The translations under genes and the position numbers were made by a program. This document shows, one piece after another, positions 12,846 through 24,500 of a stretch of 64,000 nt of DNA. This stretch comes from Styela clava (Eukaryota). Every line of letters begins with the position of its first letter. The first letter of the stretch is position 1. The stretch covers positions 15,190,001 to 15,254,000 of the forward strand of contig NC_135256.1 in assembly GCF_964204865.1 (NCBI RefSeq). Direction: 5' to 3'. Below the pieces are notes generated by a model that was not told the DNA's origin, did no database searches, and was given only the letters and a program-made list of their open reading frames with translations.

Positions 12846-12893
12846 AGACTTGGCGTATTTTGTATATTTTTCCATCGTTGCAATGTTCGTTTC
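12846..12893 (-). other. MARCHF5: Putative 5' leader exon of MARCHF5 (48 nt) carrying an upstream ATG
   Basis: Flanked by ttgtcttatcAG and GTAAGT on the minus strand. The MARCHF5 CDS exon has an acceptor at 10699-10700 with no obviously better donor in between. Confidence 0.5.
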
Positions 12894-12899
12894 CTGATA

Positions 12900-13369
12900 A
12901 GACAAAATAATAATTCTTTCTCTCTCTCTGCATTTTATATGTATGTCTTTCGTTAATGATAAATCACTTATTATTTAACAGTAACTCAAAATGAGGTATA
13001 AAATAAGTTATAGTCTTATTTAAAAATAATTAAAAATTATTCAAATAAATATAAAATTACCCAGAATTTGTTTTCGTGTATAGCATACATAAGTTAAAAA
13101 TAGTAAACGATTTATTGCCAAGGCAAGCTTGCTTTGGATAGCAACAATAAACGTTGGCCTTATCAATGACAGTCATTGGCCTTATACAGCTAGCCTATAG
13201 CTTAAACGGGTGTCAAAGCGTCCTTCGGTTTCGGTCGTGTTTGGCCTTTGGATTCATCAGATTTGACAAATTTGAATGTTTTTTAGTAGATTTGATTAAA
13301 TTCTACAATTAGTTTAATTGATGGTGAACAATTTCGATAGTCTGGTACCGCAACTCAAACAACTGCGCA
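12900..13369. promoter_or_regulatory. Bidirectional promoter MARCHF5/TCTEX1D2 with X-box-like motif
   Basis: Head-to-head genes with a local CpG increase; TTGCCAAGGCAA (13115-13126) plus a TAGCAAC half-site (13139-13145) resemble an RFX X-box. Confidence 0.5.
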
Positions 13370-14769
13370 ATGTCAGCTGAAGTTGAAGAAACGGCTCCCC
13401 AGCAGCAACAACATGAAAATACGTATCTAATCAGGCCGAATTTCCAACACAAGTAAGTATTGAAGTAAGGCTTTGCAGCTCATTAAATTCTTGTAAAGAG
13501 AGATTGATTTATTTTACTTTTTGCTACAAAGATTTAAACCAGCTGAAGTGAAAGAAATTATTCATGAAGTTGTTAAAGAAGAACTTGATGGTAAAGATTA
13601 TGATGGAGAACAAGTAGCGGAATGGGTACAAAATATTGGTAATAATACAAAAGCCAAGTTAAAAGGTAATGCTATAATATGGATATTTGATAATGATTTC
13701 CTCTCCCCAGAATAAATACCGGTATGTAACTAAATCCTATCCCATCCTTTTTCTGACTGTCTGAAGGAACCGTTCAACATTATATAAAATTACTATGGTA
13801 TAGGATGGAATTTACATAATTATCCCAGGGGAGAGGGAAGACAATAAGATGGCTTAATCATATAGCAAACCACGGCTTCTCATCCGATTGCCAATCCATG
13901 TCGAGAGTGGGATTAGTTATCCAGGTATTTTTTTTCAGATGAATGGACTTGATGGTGGGGGAAGTCGTAACTGACAAGTGGTACATGAACCACCCTACAG
14001 TGACAAGTAGTACAGCAATCCTCTCACACATAAATAACCTTCACAGGGTAATCAGAGATGCTGTGGCCAATGATGATGCTTCGTACAAGTACAGTTATGA
14101 CTAAACTATAGAATGGCTATATTCCTATTTCCTTGCTTAGTAGAAAATTTGATTTATTTTATGTTATTTCTTTTTATTTATTATCATTTCCATCTGACAC
14201 ATGAGTGGGGTTTGAACCTGTGTCTACAAGTGACAAGTCCGAACAAACCAGTATATCAAAGTTTTTCTGAAATATTCTAATCCCATAGCAAGAAAATCTC
14301 TAATAGTTGACGTACCAATTAATCTTGCTATCTCATGGAATGGTCGCAGAATTTTTAGTTTTCAACACTTTATATTTCCATTCAGCAATGGGGTATGACA
14401 GATACAAATTTGTGGTGCAAGTTGTTATTGGCGAACAGCGAGGTGAAGGAGTTAAAATGGGATGCAGATGTTTTTGGGATTCAGATACAGACAATTACGC
14501 ACAAGATATATTTATGAATGTAAGTACTGAAATTGATTATCTTTGGTTTAGTCTTTGGTGAGACTAGTTGTTTTGCACGAGTGACCATTTTTACTCAAAT
14601 TGTGCAGTTTCAATAATATATGAACCACACATAGTAAACGTCCAAATTTTTTGGTTACGACAATTAGAATAAATTTATTTAAAAGTATTACAATTTTTAA
14701 AACAATCATGTTGTTTTCCAGAAATCCATGTTTTGTGTCGTCGCAGCATTCGGGATATTCTTCTACTGA
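13370..14769 (+). CDS. DYNLT2B: Dynein-2 light chain Tctex-type (TCTEX1D2/DYNLT2B), 4 exons, 132 aa
   Basis: Exons 13370-13452, 13532-13665, 14386-14519, 14722-14769, GT-AG and in phase. Motifs ENTYLIRPNFQHKF, GYDRYKFVVQVVIGEQRGEGVKMGCRCFWDSDTDNYA, FCVVAAFGIFFY*. Confidence 0.93.
13798..14072 (-). mobile_element. tRNA-derived SINE copy in TCTEX1D2 intron 2
   Basis: Colinear with 608-937 (AACCACGGC, TGGACTTGATGGTGG, CAGCAATCCTCTC blocks). Confidence 0.75.
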
Positions 14770-15555
14770 AACACAATTTTCATTCAATATTATGACCCAT
14801 CGTAGTTACCTTTATGTGCACTTTTCTGTCATGACTAGTCCTGGGGATTATTTACCTTTTGGCTAAATAGGATGAAAATACAAAGCAGGAAAGTTATGAT
14901 GCGTATATAGATCCAAACACTTTGTTCACCAAAATTATGCTCACAGCGCAGACCTACAGCCTATATTTTGAAGAGCGTATTTAGACCCAAGTGGGTAGGT
15001 CCACTTTATATGTTTCCACCATGAAAAACTGTCTTCAAAAGTGTAGTAAACAGAAATCCAGTTAATCAAGGACCCCTGGTCATGACAGAGAACCCCCTTT
15101 GTGTATCGATTCCTGTCTATATAAATATATATTTTCTAAATAAAAAACGAGGCTTTTGAAAGCATTTGTTTTATTTGAAACTTTATAAAAATCAGAAAAC
15201 GAGAGATATTAATGTAGAGAAATTAAGGGTGTGTTGTATGAAATAGAGACGCAAAGGAAGCAATTGCAACATATAGAAAGAAAAGTACATGATTTGAATT
15301 GAAAGGAAGTGAAAAATAAAAACAAATTGGCCCTTTTCTGTGAATTGCCTCTGGATTGAATCCAGTTTGTCAATGATAAAGAAAAGTGGTTTGAACAAAG
15401 AAGACACCATTATTACCACAAAATCATATACAGAAATGTGCAGGAACATGACAGAGGTTAGTCAGAACATTCATTCACAAAGGCTAAATCTCCGACAACA
15501 TGGACCACCTCCTCACAAAATCTCACCAAAAAGTTGGATACATTCTGTTACATTT

Positions 15556-18500
15556 TTAACTACCTTGATCAGGTGTAGAATTTTCTGCTGTTGTTGGATG
15601 ATTTGAAGAGCCGCAATCATTTGTCTTTACCACATCTGTACTTGTCTTGGTTTTGTCTTCGAAACTTTTTGTACAATTTGAATGGGATTCGCTTTCAGCT
15701 TCTGAATTGTTACTATCACACATACCAGCATCACAAGATTCATGGGTGCTGACTTCACAAGAATCTTTGGTCTTTTCGTTGACATCAACGCTTGCGACTT
15801 CAGCGGAATTCTCATAATTTCGTGGTTCTATTGTGTGCAGTCTTTCAATTTGTGCTTTTTCAGATATCGGTAAAACCACATTCACTTCTTCTGGTGAAAC
15901 TTCAGTACTTTCATCCACAGTTTTTAGCTCTAAACTTCCATTTGATTCTTGTTTATCAATAGGAGAAATATCTTTGAAGATATCCACTCGAACAAGTTCA
16001 GCACCAGTCGATTTGCTCACCTCAGAGTCTAATGCGATGAGTTCAACAACTTCACTTGATAAACTTGGTTTTACCATCTTTTTGAATAATTTGTTTTGCA
16101 TCTGGATGAAAAAAAAACGATTAATAAATTCACCGAGCAAACAAGTTTGCATGAGAGAGAGAGATTTATTGATTCGTCGACCAAAACAAATATAAATATG
16201 AAAGCATAAATACAAATAAATAAACACTGTTTATGGTAGAGACTGGAGGGAGCGATACGACCATACGGTCATCCAAGTCAGCTCCCCCCAGGTAATGGAT
16301 GACTATGTGTGTAACAGCTAATTATAGAGTAATATACACTTAAATAATTGTAAAAAGCACAATTACAAGGGGCTAATGATTTAAGTTAGTTATCACGCTC
16401 ATATGATCATTGATCCATGCATATTAATTACTAGGGGTCTGGAGAATTACTAATATGGTGAACAAATTGTGGTAGTTATACCCAATGAGCGTATTTGGAT
16501 AATTATTATGGTAAATGAAAAGGAATATAAGTGAAAAAAATTAAAATATTGGATTTACGAAGATAGGATTAACTTTGGTTTATGAGAAACAATTGAAACA
16601 CAATGTAAATATGAAGATCAATTTCAATGACTACTGAAAGGGATTTTTCAAAGTACAAGAAGGGGGTTTGTAATCAAATATCTAAATAACTAATATCATT
16701 AATTAACAAAGGATGAAAAATAGAACTCTGAAACCAAATCGGGGTCTGTAGAGATCTAAGTTCTAGTGTCTACAGGGGGTGTACTGAGGAACGGTTGTAC
16801 CCATTTAAAACATTTTCATCAAACAACAAAAATCTCAAAAGGTAATTGAATATATCAAATATAATAACAACTTCGAGCAATATTGAATTTTTGAATAGTT
16901 CCAATACCTATAGCAGTGCTATTGATAGGAAGTGGACCTAATGTATTTGTGGTAATTAGCCAAAATATAGTAAAAATTTTACAATCAGGGATGTAGAGGG
17001 ATGAATATTTGAACTCAAACTTCACTTACTATATTGTGAATAGAATACTAATTTGAGTTTCAAAATTATCTATTAATTCGAAGGTTACAAAGAATTGCGC
17101 TTTACTTAATAAAAAAAAAAATGGATAGGATTCAATATAATGCTAATCACAGCCACTTTCTGAAAAAACTATTTCGGAGTATGCAAGTTCAAAGTTGGGT
17201 CATACACGAAAAGAGGATTATATATATGTAATCGAATATTACAACATTATATAGAATATCCACATAACTGATTTGGTTGATTATATTTTTGCAATATTAG
17301 ACCAGCGGAATTAATCAGCTGACAACTTTTGAGTTGTTGCATCAATATTCCGCCAAGAATAAACTACATCATATACAACTAATTTCAAAACAAGTTATTC
17401 AGTTGACACTTTCCGAGAAACTAATTCAGAGGATACAAGTTCAAAGTGCGATCATACATGAAATGAGAGTTATATACAGTATATATATTCAAATATTACA
17501 ATGCAGACTACCAGCAGAAATGATTTGATTGAATTTATTTCCTGCAATGTAGGACCAATAGAAATACTCTTGTGGCGGATTTACAAATTGTTAGATTAAT
17601 ATTTGATCATGATTCCACTACAAGGAGAACAACTAGTAACAATACTGATTATATTATTTAAAGTTCCCATCTTGCAGATTGATAATTGCCCAAATTTGAG
17701 GTAAATCATAGCAACGCACCACCATGAGTATACTGATAACCACAACCAAAAGTATACCAAAATGTACTCCGGACCTAAGAGGAAAATAAACATTCAACCC
17801 AAATGACCTGAGCCTGTTACACTATAACTAAATCTTATGTAATGTTTGCTATTAACGCGATTCAGTATGAACAACCACTCAAAAGTGCGAGGGGCTGAGT
17901 TTTGTGAAGACAAAAGGGGGCTAGTTCAGCATACACTACCCAACTCCTTATACCATTGTTAAAATGGTATAATTGAGCTTAACAGTGGAAGAACACATGC
18001 TCAAATCTGAGGAATCTAATACTATAACTCAGGGGCATAGATAATAAATAGGACTCAGGTATAGGCTTCGCAAAGGGATTGGAATTACTCGCACGTACCA
18101 AATTAAGAACTCGTTTCATAAGCCGCACAATTTTTCCTCGTGGGTAGCATTTGGCCCACAGGTTGCACATCCCTGCTGTAACCCATGATCTCAACCAGGC
18201 ATGTGAAGCTGGTGTCCGAATTTAGATACTTCCAGTGTCAGAATTTCCGACTTTTATTTAAAAGTTTATTTTGATTTCCTCAGAAAAACATACACAAAGC
18301 ATAACGAAAATCTCACAGTAGCTTGCGAAATTTGTGATTTTTCAGACAAAGTCAAAAAGCATTTTACCAGACAAACAGAGATGGCTTGTTTTGTTACCAA
18401 AATTTGGTTTTCCCATAGTAACAACTTTGTAGTTTGGAGTCAGGGCCGGGGTTAAGTTTCACTGACTACACTCAAAGAAAAGTGGTTTATGTCTTATGAA

Positions 18501-21500
18501 AAAATTAATTTGTTCAATTTAGTACTACAAGTCCAGTAAATATTGAAAAACGTCTATTGAGGAAATGTACTCAATTTGATCAAAAAGTCAATAAAATTAT
18601 AATTGCGTCAAAAATTCATCTTACTTGGTTTCCTTCAACTTGACTAACAAATTGATCTCTTGCTATTGTTGTAATTCGAATACTGGCCTTTCTATTTCCT
18701 TGTTTTTCCGTTGCTTTTAAATAATCATCAAGTAAACAGAAGTTGGATCTCCTGCAAGAAAAAATACCATTTACCACAAGACATAAAAAAGATAATTTAA
18801 GCAGGCAAACATTATGGCAGCTAAAACAGAAATGCAGTAATGGTAGACTATGAACAAAATTTTTGCAATAATTGTCAAAATAAAAATCAAATAATTTCTA
18901 ATTGGACTATTATTATAAACATTGTTATTTGATAACATGCAGTTGCTACTTACGCTGATTCATCTTCAGGTTGTAGTAAGTATGTATTGCATGGAGGTTC
19001 ATCAAATAATTCAAATTCAAAATATTGCTCTTGTTCAATCTCTGGTGGTTCATCCAAAGTATTGTAGCAGTGAGGTGTATTTTTATCTGAAAAAAAAACG
19101 TAAAAAATAAAAATCTATGTTGATATAAAAACAAATTTTGAAAAAAAAAACGGCCAAAATCTATAGTTATGTTACCAATGAGTTCTTTTCCTGACCATAT
19201 GGACCTGAATAACTCCTTATATTTCAATAAATATGAGTGACAGTTTAATGAAAAATCGAACTCAAACTGTGTTTGCAGATGGCACAGAAATACTGAATAG
19301 TTTCTCCTTAGCCCCTATTATATTTCTGTAGTCATCTTGATTCCTCAAGTACAATTTCAAGCGAGTATGATTCACCTTGAAACAAAATCTGAAAGGCCAA
19401 TACCTAAAGTATATACATTCAAATATTTGATTAGCCTTCTATGTCTGAACATGATCACGAAACAATGGGAATAAATCATACTCATCTTACCAAAAACTGT
19501 TGAACAAGGAAATTTCCATTCAAGTTCCTTTGGTTGTTCACAATCCTCAGTTAAATCTTCTAGTTCTTTGAAATAAGCTGAAACAAAGATGTTCAGTTTT
19601 TAATTAATATTATAGCAAATGCTGTGGATTTTAAAAATAAAATGCCTGAAATACCTTTAAAAGTAACTATAAAAAATTAAAGAGTGCCTTCGTGCCCAAA
19701 TAAAATAGAGTTAGTCCCATTTGGAAATATGCATTTTCTCCATAAGTCGAGAGTCTTTAAGTCAGTAGGCAGTAAATTAGGATTGGTTTGCCATTCCTCC
19801 TTGAGATTATTTAATTCATGTTTACAATCAGATGCCTATGCTGGGTATGACAATGAGCTCGCTGACTGCCAGCTCTAGGACAAATCTCAAGTAGGATAGC
19901 TGTTAACCAATCAGGAAACCCTTGAACTACTCTTGTAAATGTTTACCTCATTCCACCAATCGCAATGTATATGATACAGACACATGCAAATCCAATTTCA
20001 AACAAGCCAGAGATAGAAAAAGATAACCATTCACAAACAAATCTACAGAATTTGGCTTTTAATTGATAGATCAGAATAAAAAATAATTTACCATCAAGAA
20101 AGTTTCTCATTTTCTGACTTCTTATCATGTGTGGTATCGCTCGACCGGAGAACTTGCTTAACATTGGATCAGCACCACATGCCAACATTAACCTTGCCAC
20201 TTCCAAATGATCATATTCAACAGCGTCATGAAGTGGCCTGAAAATGTGAAAAATTATGATGAAATTGTTACAAGGTACATATTTTTCTGACTGAATAGGT
20301 TGCCAACAGTAAAAAATCAGTGGTTAAGATTGAAGTAATTCAGAAGATTATATTTTAACCTGCCCATAATCAGTATAAATGTGTTGCTAACCACATGTCT
20401 GGGTGATTATAATGGCATTGTGAATGATGAATTTGAAAAATTGGGTAAGGCCATTAGGTCATAATGTCACCAAATAAGTATCAAAATTAGGTTTGACATG
20501 TTAGAAATGAGGAAAATGGTCCACTAATATATGGTACTCCTTTCTACTTCAGCCCAAATTCTCCATAATTTATACAAGTTTGATGGAAATTGGCAACAGA
20601 ACCTCTATCAAGTCTGTGAATCTGAAACGACTAACTGGTTAACTATTCCAATACTGCAGGACTTGGTAACTGGACAAAAGGTTCATCATATGATTAAGCA
20701 TCTTATCGGCTTCCCTCTCCCCCAGGATAAATATGAAAACCCTAGCCCAAATAACTAAATTTAAAATCTGATTGCTATATTAAACATTATATTACCTTGT
20801 ACCATCTACAGCATTTTTATTGACATCAGCACCAAATAGTAGGAGTAACATAGCAGCCTCTAAATTATTTTGAACACATGCTTCATGTAATGCTGTATAT
20901 CCTGCATTATCAGTCTGATTGACATTGGTTCCACTTTCTAAGTAATATCGGATATTTTCCTAGAATGAAAAATTAGAATATTCATGATTTGAGAAATCAC
21001 TATTTCATCCATTTTTTTTTAAATTTCCTATGGGAGTTGGTACATCATCGCAGCTTCACTGTTTAGTGTGATTAAGGGGACACTTTCTAATCCATGATGC
21101 TTGTCCGTTCTGTATATCTTCAGCAATCTCTTCAGCGATATCGATACTATCACGACACCCCACAGAACTTTTCTTAATAGAATTTCTTCGAGTAATATGA
21201 AATTTTAATACTACATTTGGTTCTGCTAATTGAAGACCATAATATCTACCCAAAATTTCACAATATTTGAAAAAAGGTACAAAATACATCAACTTACCAC
21301 AAATCCCATTCTAGCAGCTTTGTGAAGTTGAGTTTCACCAATCGCAGAGTTGCAACAAAGTTTCTTCAAGTCTAAATAGAAAACACAGTCATACAATATG
21401 ACCTACTGAAAATTGACACTATAGATATGAAATAGTAATAACCAATGTGTCCAGTATAATTGAAATAGCCAACACATACATTTATAGTTCAATTTGTTTT

Positions 21501-24500
21501 TAATTTATCAAATTGACCTCAAAATTTCACAAATCCTTTCTTGCAAGCATAATGGCCTATCGATTAATTCCATAAATCAAGAAAAATCAAACCCCTTTAA
21601 AAACATTCCCCATCTACAGGCCTGTTGTTCAGAGCCTAGTTGAAAAAGTTGGACTATACGTTAACACAATAAACATCTAGAATTCTGAATGACTCAGAGC
21701 AGTTATTCATATGGGTAACCTGCATTCAAGTAATTTTATCGTTTGTGAAAATATAATGCACAAGACAAATACTCCGGCAAAACAAAATGTAATGCATTTC
21801 TCTCATCGACATTCTTCCAATTTCTCACAGCATATGCTGACTGGCAACTGGCCAATCACCTGCAATTATAATATGTTAACAGATCCATCGGCCAAAGGAT
21901 ACAATATACTTACAGGATGGAAAAGGTGAATTCTGATAGAAAGTCGGAGTCTGAGGTCTCGATGATTGACATGGCTGCGGAGAGGACGGAGTTGCTATAC
22001 TTTCATCATTCTCTGGCAAATTCAGGCTCAGATCACCACCTTCATTATCGTCATCATCCCCATTGTTATACAAAGACAGTTCATTCGTAAAATCATATTC
22101 ATATTCTTGACTTTGTAATTCATCACTTATTTTGTGAACCTGGGAAATGGAAATTGAAGATTCGAGATTAGAAAAGACGCAGTGACATACTCCCAAGATG
22201 CCTACTCTCTTTTCAAGTGAGAATTATTTTTAATGTATGATTGAATGTTGTAAGAATGTTGTAAATTTGATTCATGTTGATATTTTATTTGATAATTACT
22301 TCATATACAGGGTGGCCCAAAAGTAGGTGGTGGCCCAAAAGTAGGTATAGAGTTATTAAACTATTTTATATGCTTTGAAGCTACTTGCAGTTCACTTTAT
22401 GTTGCTTGCTAAGTACCACAAAAATTGCTTATTTTTTTTAGATAATAAATCTAGTGTGAATTTTACATTAGTTTTCTAGCTGCCTGGAAGGTAATAAAAA
22501 ATAAATAAAATAACTGTATACCTACTTTTGGGCCACCCTGTATGTATAAAATCATGAAAATTTCTAGTGTGTAATGATCATACAGAATGGTTATGAAGTG
22601 TGAACATGATGTAAATGTAAATAGGGTAGGGATGAATTTGTTAACAAAACCAAATAAGTAATACATTTTGATATTTAATAACAACCATATACTGTATAGG
22701 TATAAATATTTGGAAGTGATATGGTAACATCAGTACGTAAAATCGGTATTTGGTTCGCATGTGTCAAATTTTTTTGTTCCAAATTTCATTACAGTCGGGT
22801 CAAAATTTTTGACGACCATATGTCTGTGCTGTTTTTTCAAATGGCACGGTATTTGGAATCGATATGAGGTATAAATGTTACCAGATTTAGAAGCCCTGGG
22901 AAAAATAGTGACTAACAGATGTGAAATTAACGAAAAACAGTGATATTTGATTGGTGTAATAAATAATAAAATATAAATTACCCGTAATTATTACATTAAT
23001 CATTGATAAACAAAATACACTTCAATTTCTATGAATGCAACACTTACAATATCCTTTTTGTCATTTGATGGAAATATTTTTTGTATGTTACTATGATCTT
23101 TCGCAGAATCACCAGCTGTACGAAGTCGCTGTATATATAAAAACAAAAAATGTTAATTTCTGGAAGTAAGCAACTGTCAATAGAAATATCACAAGTTCAC
23201 ATCTACTGTGAATTGAGTAGGTCAACTAATCTCATGCCAGATAACTGGCAACCAAAATGCAAGTGTATGGTTTTCTATATGAATAAGGCATACAAATTTA
23301 ATTTAGAAATACTTACATCTGTAGGTAGAAAATTATTAAGATGTCTTTTATGTTTAAGAGGAGGTCTTCCAAGTCTTTTCTCCAATTTTGATGTCAAATT
23401 TAATTTTCTAGGATGATGCTTCAAGTACATTTTATTTGGTGTACTGTGAAAATGTAATATCATTTTTAGTTCGATGAGTAACAAAATTATCAAAGTGTAA
23501 TTATCCTTGATAAAATTTTTCTATTTCAATTAATATAAAGAATAAATAGTTGCAAGCAGAATACAAGCCCAGAAAAGTAAAGTAATAATTGAATCTTTGT
23601 AATAAGCCCAATAGGTGAAACAACCCGATTCCTTTGTTTGTATTTCCAAACCACTAAAATCATGATTTGAATTCAGACTGAATTACAAATCTACATTTTA
23701 AGATTAATTTCTCAAGATTACAGGTGTAGATGACTTCTGAGAAAATTTGTGAATCACCATTTTCAGACTTTACTTTTTGACATATTCGTACACTTTTTGC
23801 TGTAAAAAGACCCTGAATAAGCACCCTATGACATGCTAGAGGCTGGTTTATTTTGAAAGGACCACAACCTTCCTTGTAGGGCATTGTCATAACCTAATTT
23901 ATTACAATGTGGGTGAGATGTTGGTCATTTGATTTGAACCATCATAGTTTAAGTAGTTTTTAACGCTTCAACCACTTGGATACCACGCCCATTACACCTT
24001 AATCAGGAAAATTTCTAAAATTACTTTGCAAGAGTCTTTCTTACCTATGCTTGACATTCTGTAATTTTGAAAGAGCAGATTCAGGGGATTTTTGTAACAA
24101 ATGCTTTGGTCTTCGACCTCTTTTTCTTCTTCCGAATCTTGTGAGCCCATCACCTTTAGGCTTTTTATATTTTTTCTTAACTGGTGCATTTGTATGCTTG
24201 CCATCAGTATCAATAAATTCCTCTTTTAATACTGGGCCTTTCATCAGAGATGCTTGTTGCTGTGGGTATTTTCTCCATCCTAGTTTACGACCAGGTTTCT
24301 TTTTAACTTTGATAGGAGTGTCTGATTTAGCGCCATCGCTTTTTGAGGTATTTTGGACATTAGCATCGTGCAGTCTTGTGGTGATATGGAGGAGACCTTC
24401 AGAAAGTTTTTCAGAATTGTCATTTTCTACTTTAGCTGCATTCGATATTGTGGATTCCTGAGTACTGTTTATTGAGGTATTGTTGGATTGTTCTAGAAGT

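Noticed and set aside
13210-13268. Minus-strand CTGATGA...GAAAC hammerhead-like motif
   Set aside because: No NUH cleavage triplet and stem II does not form.
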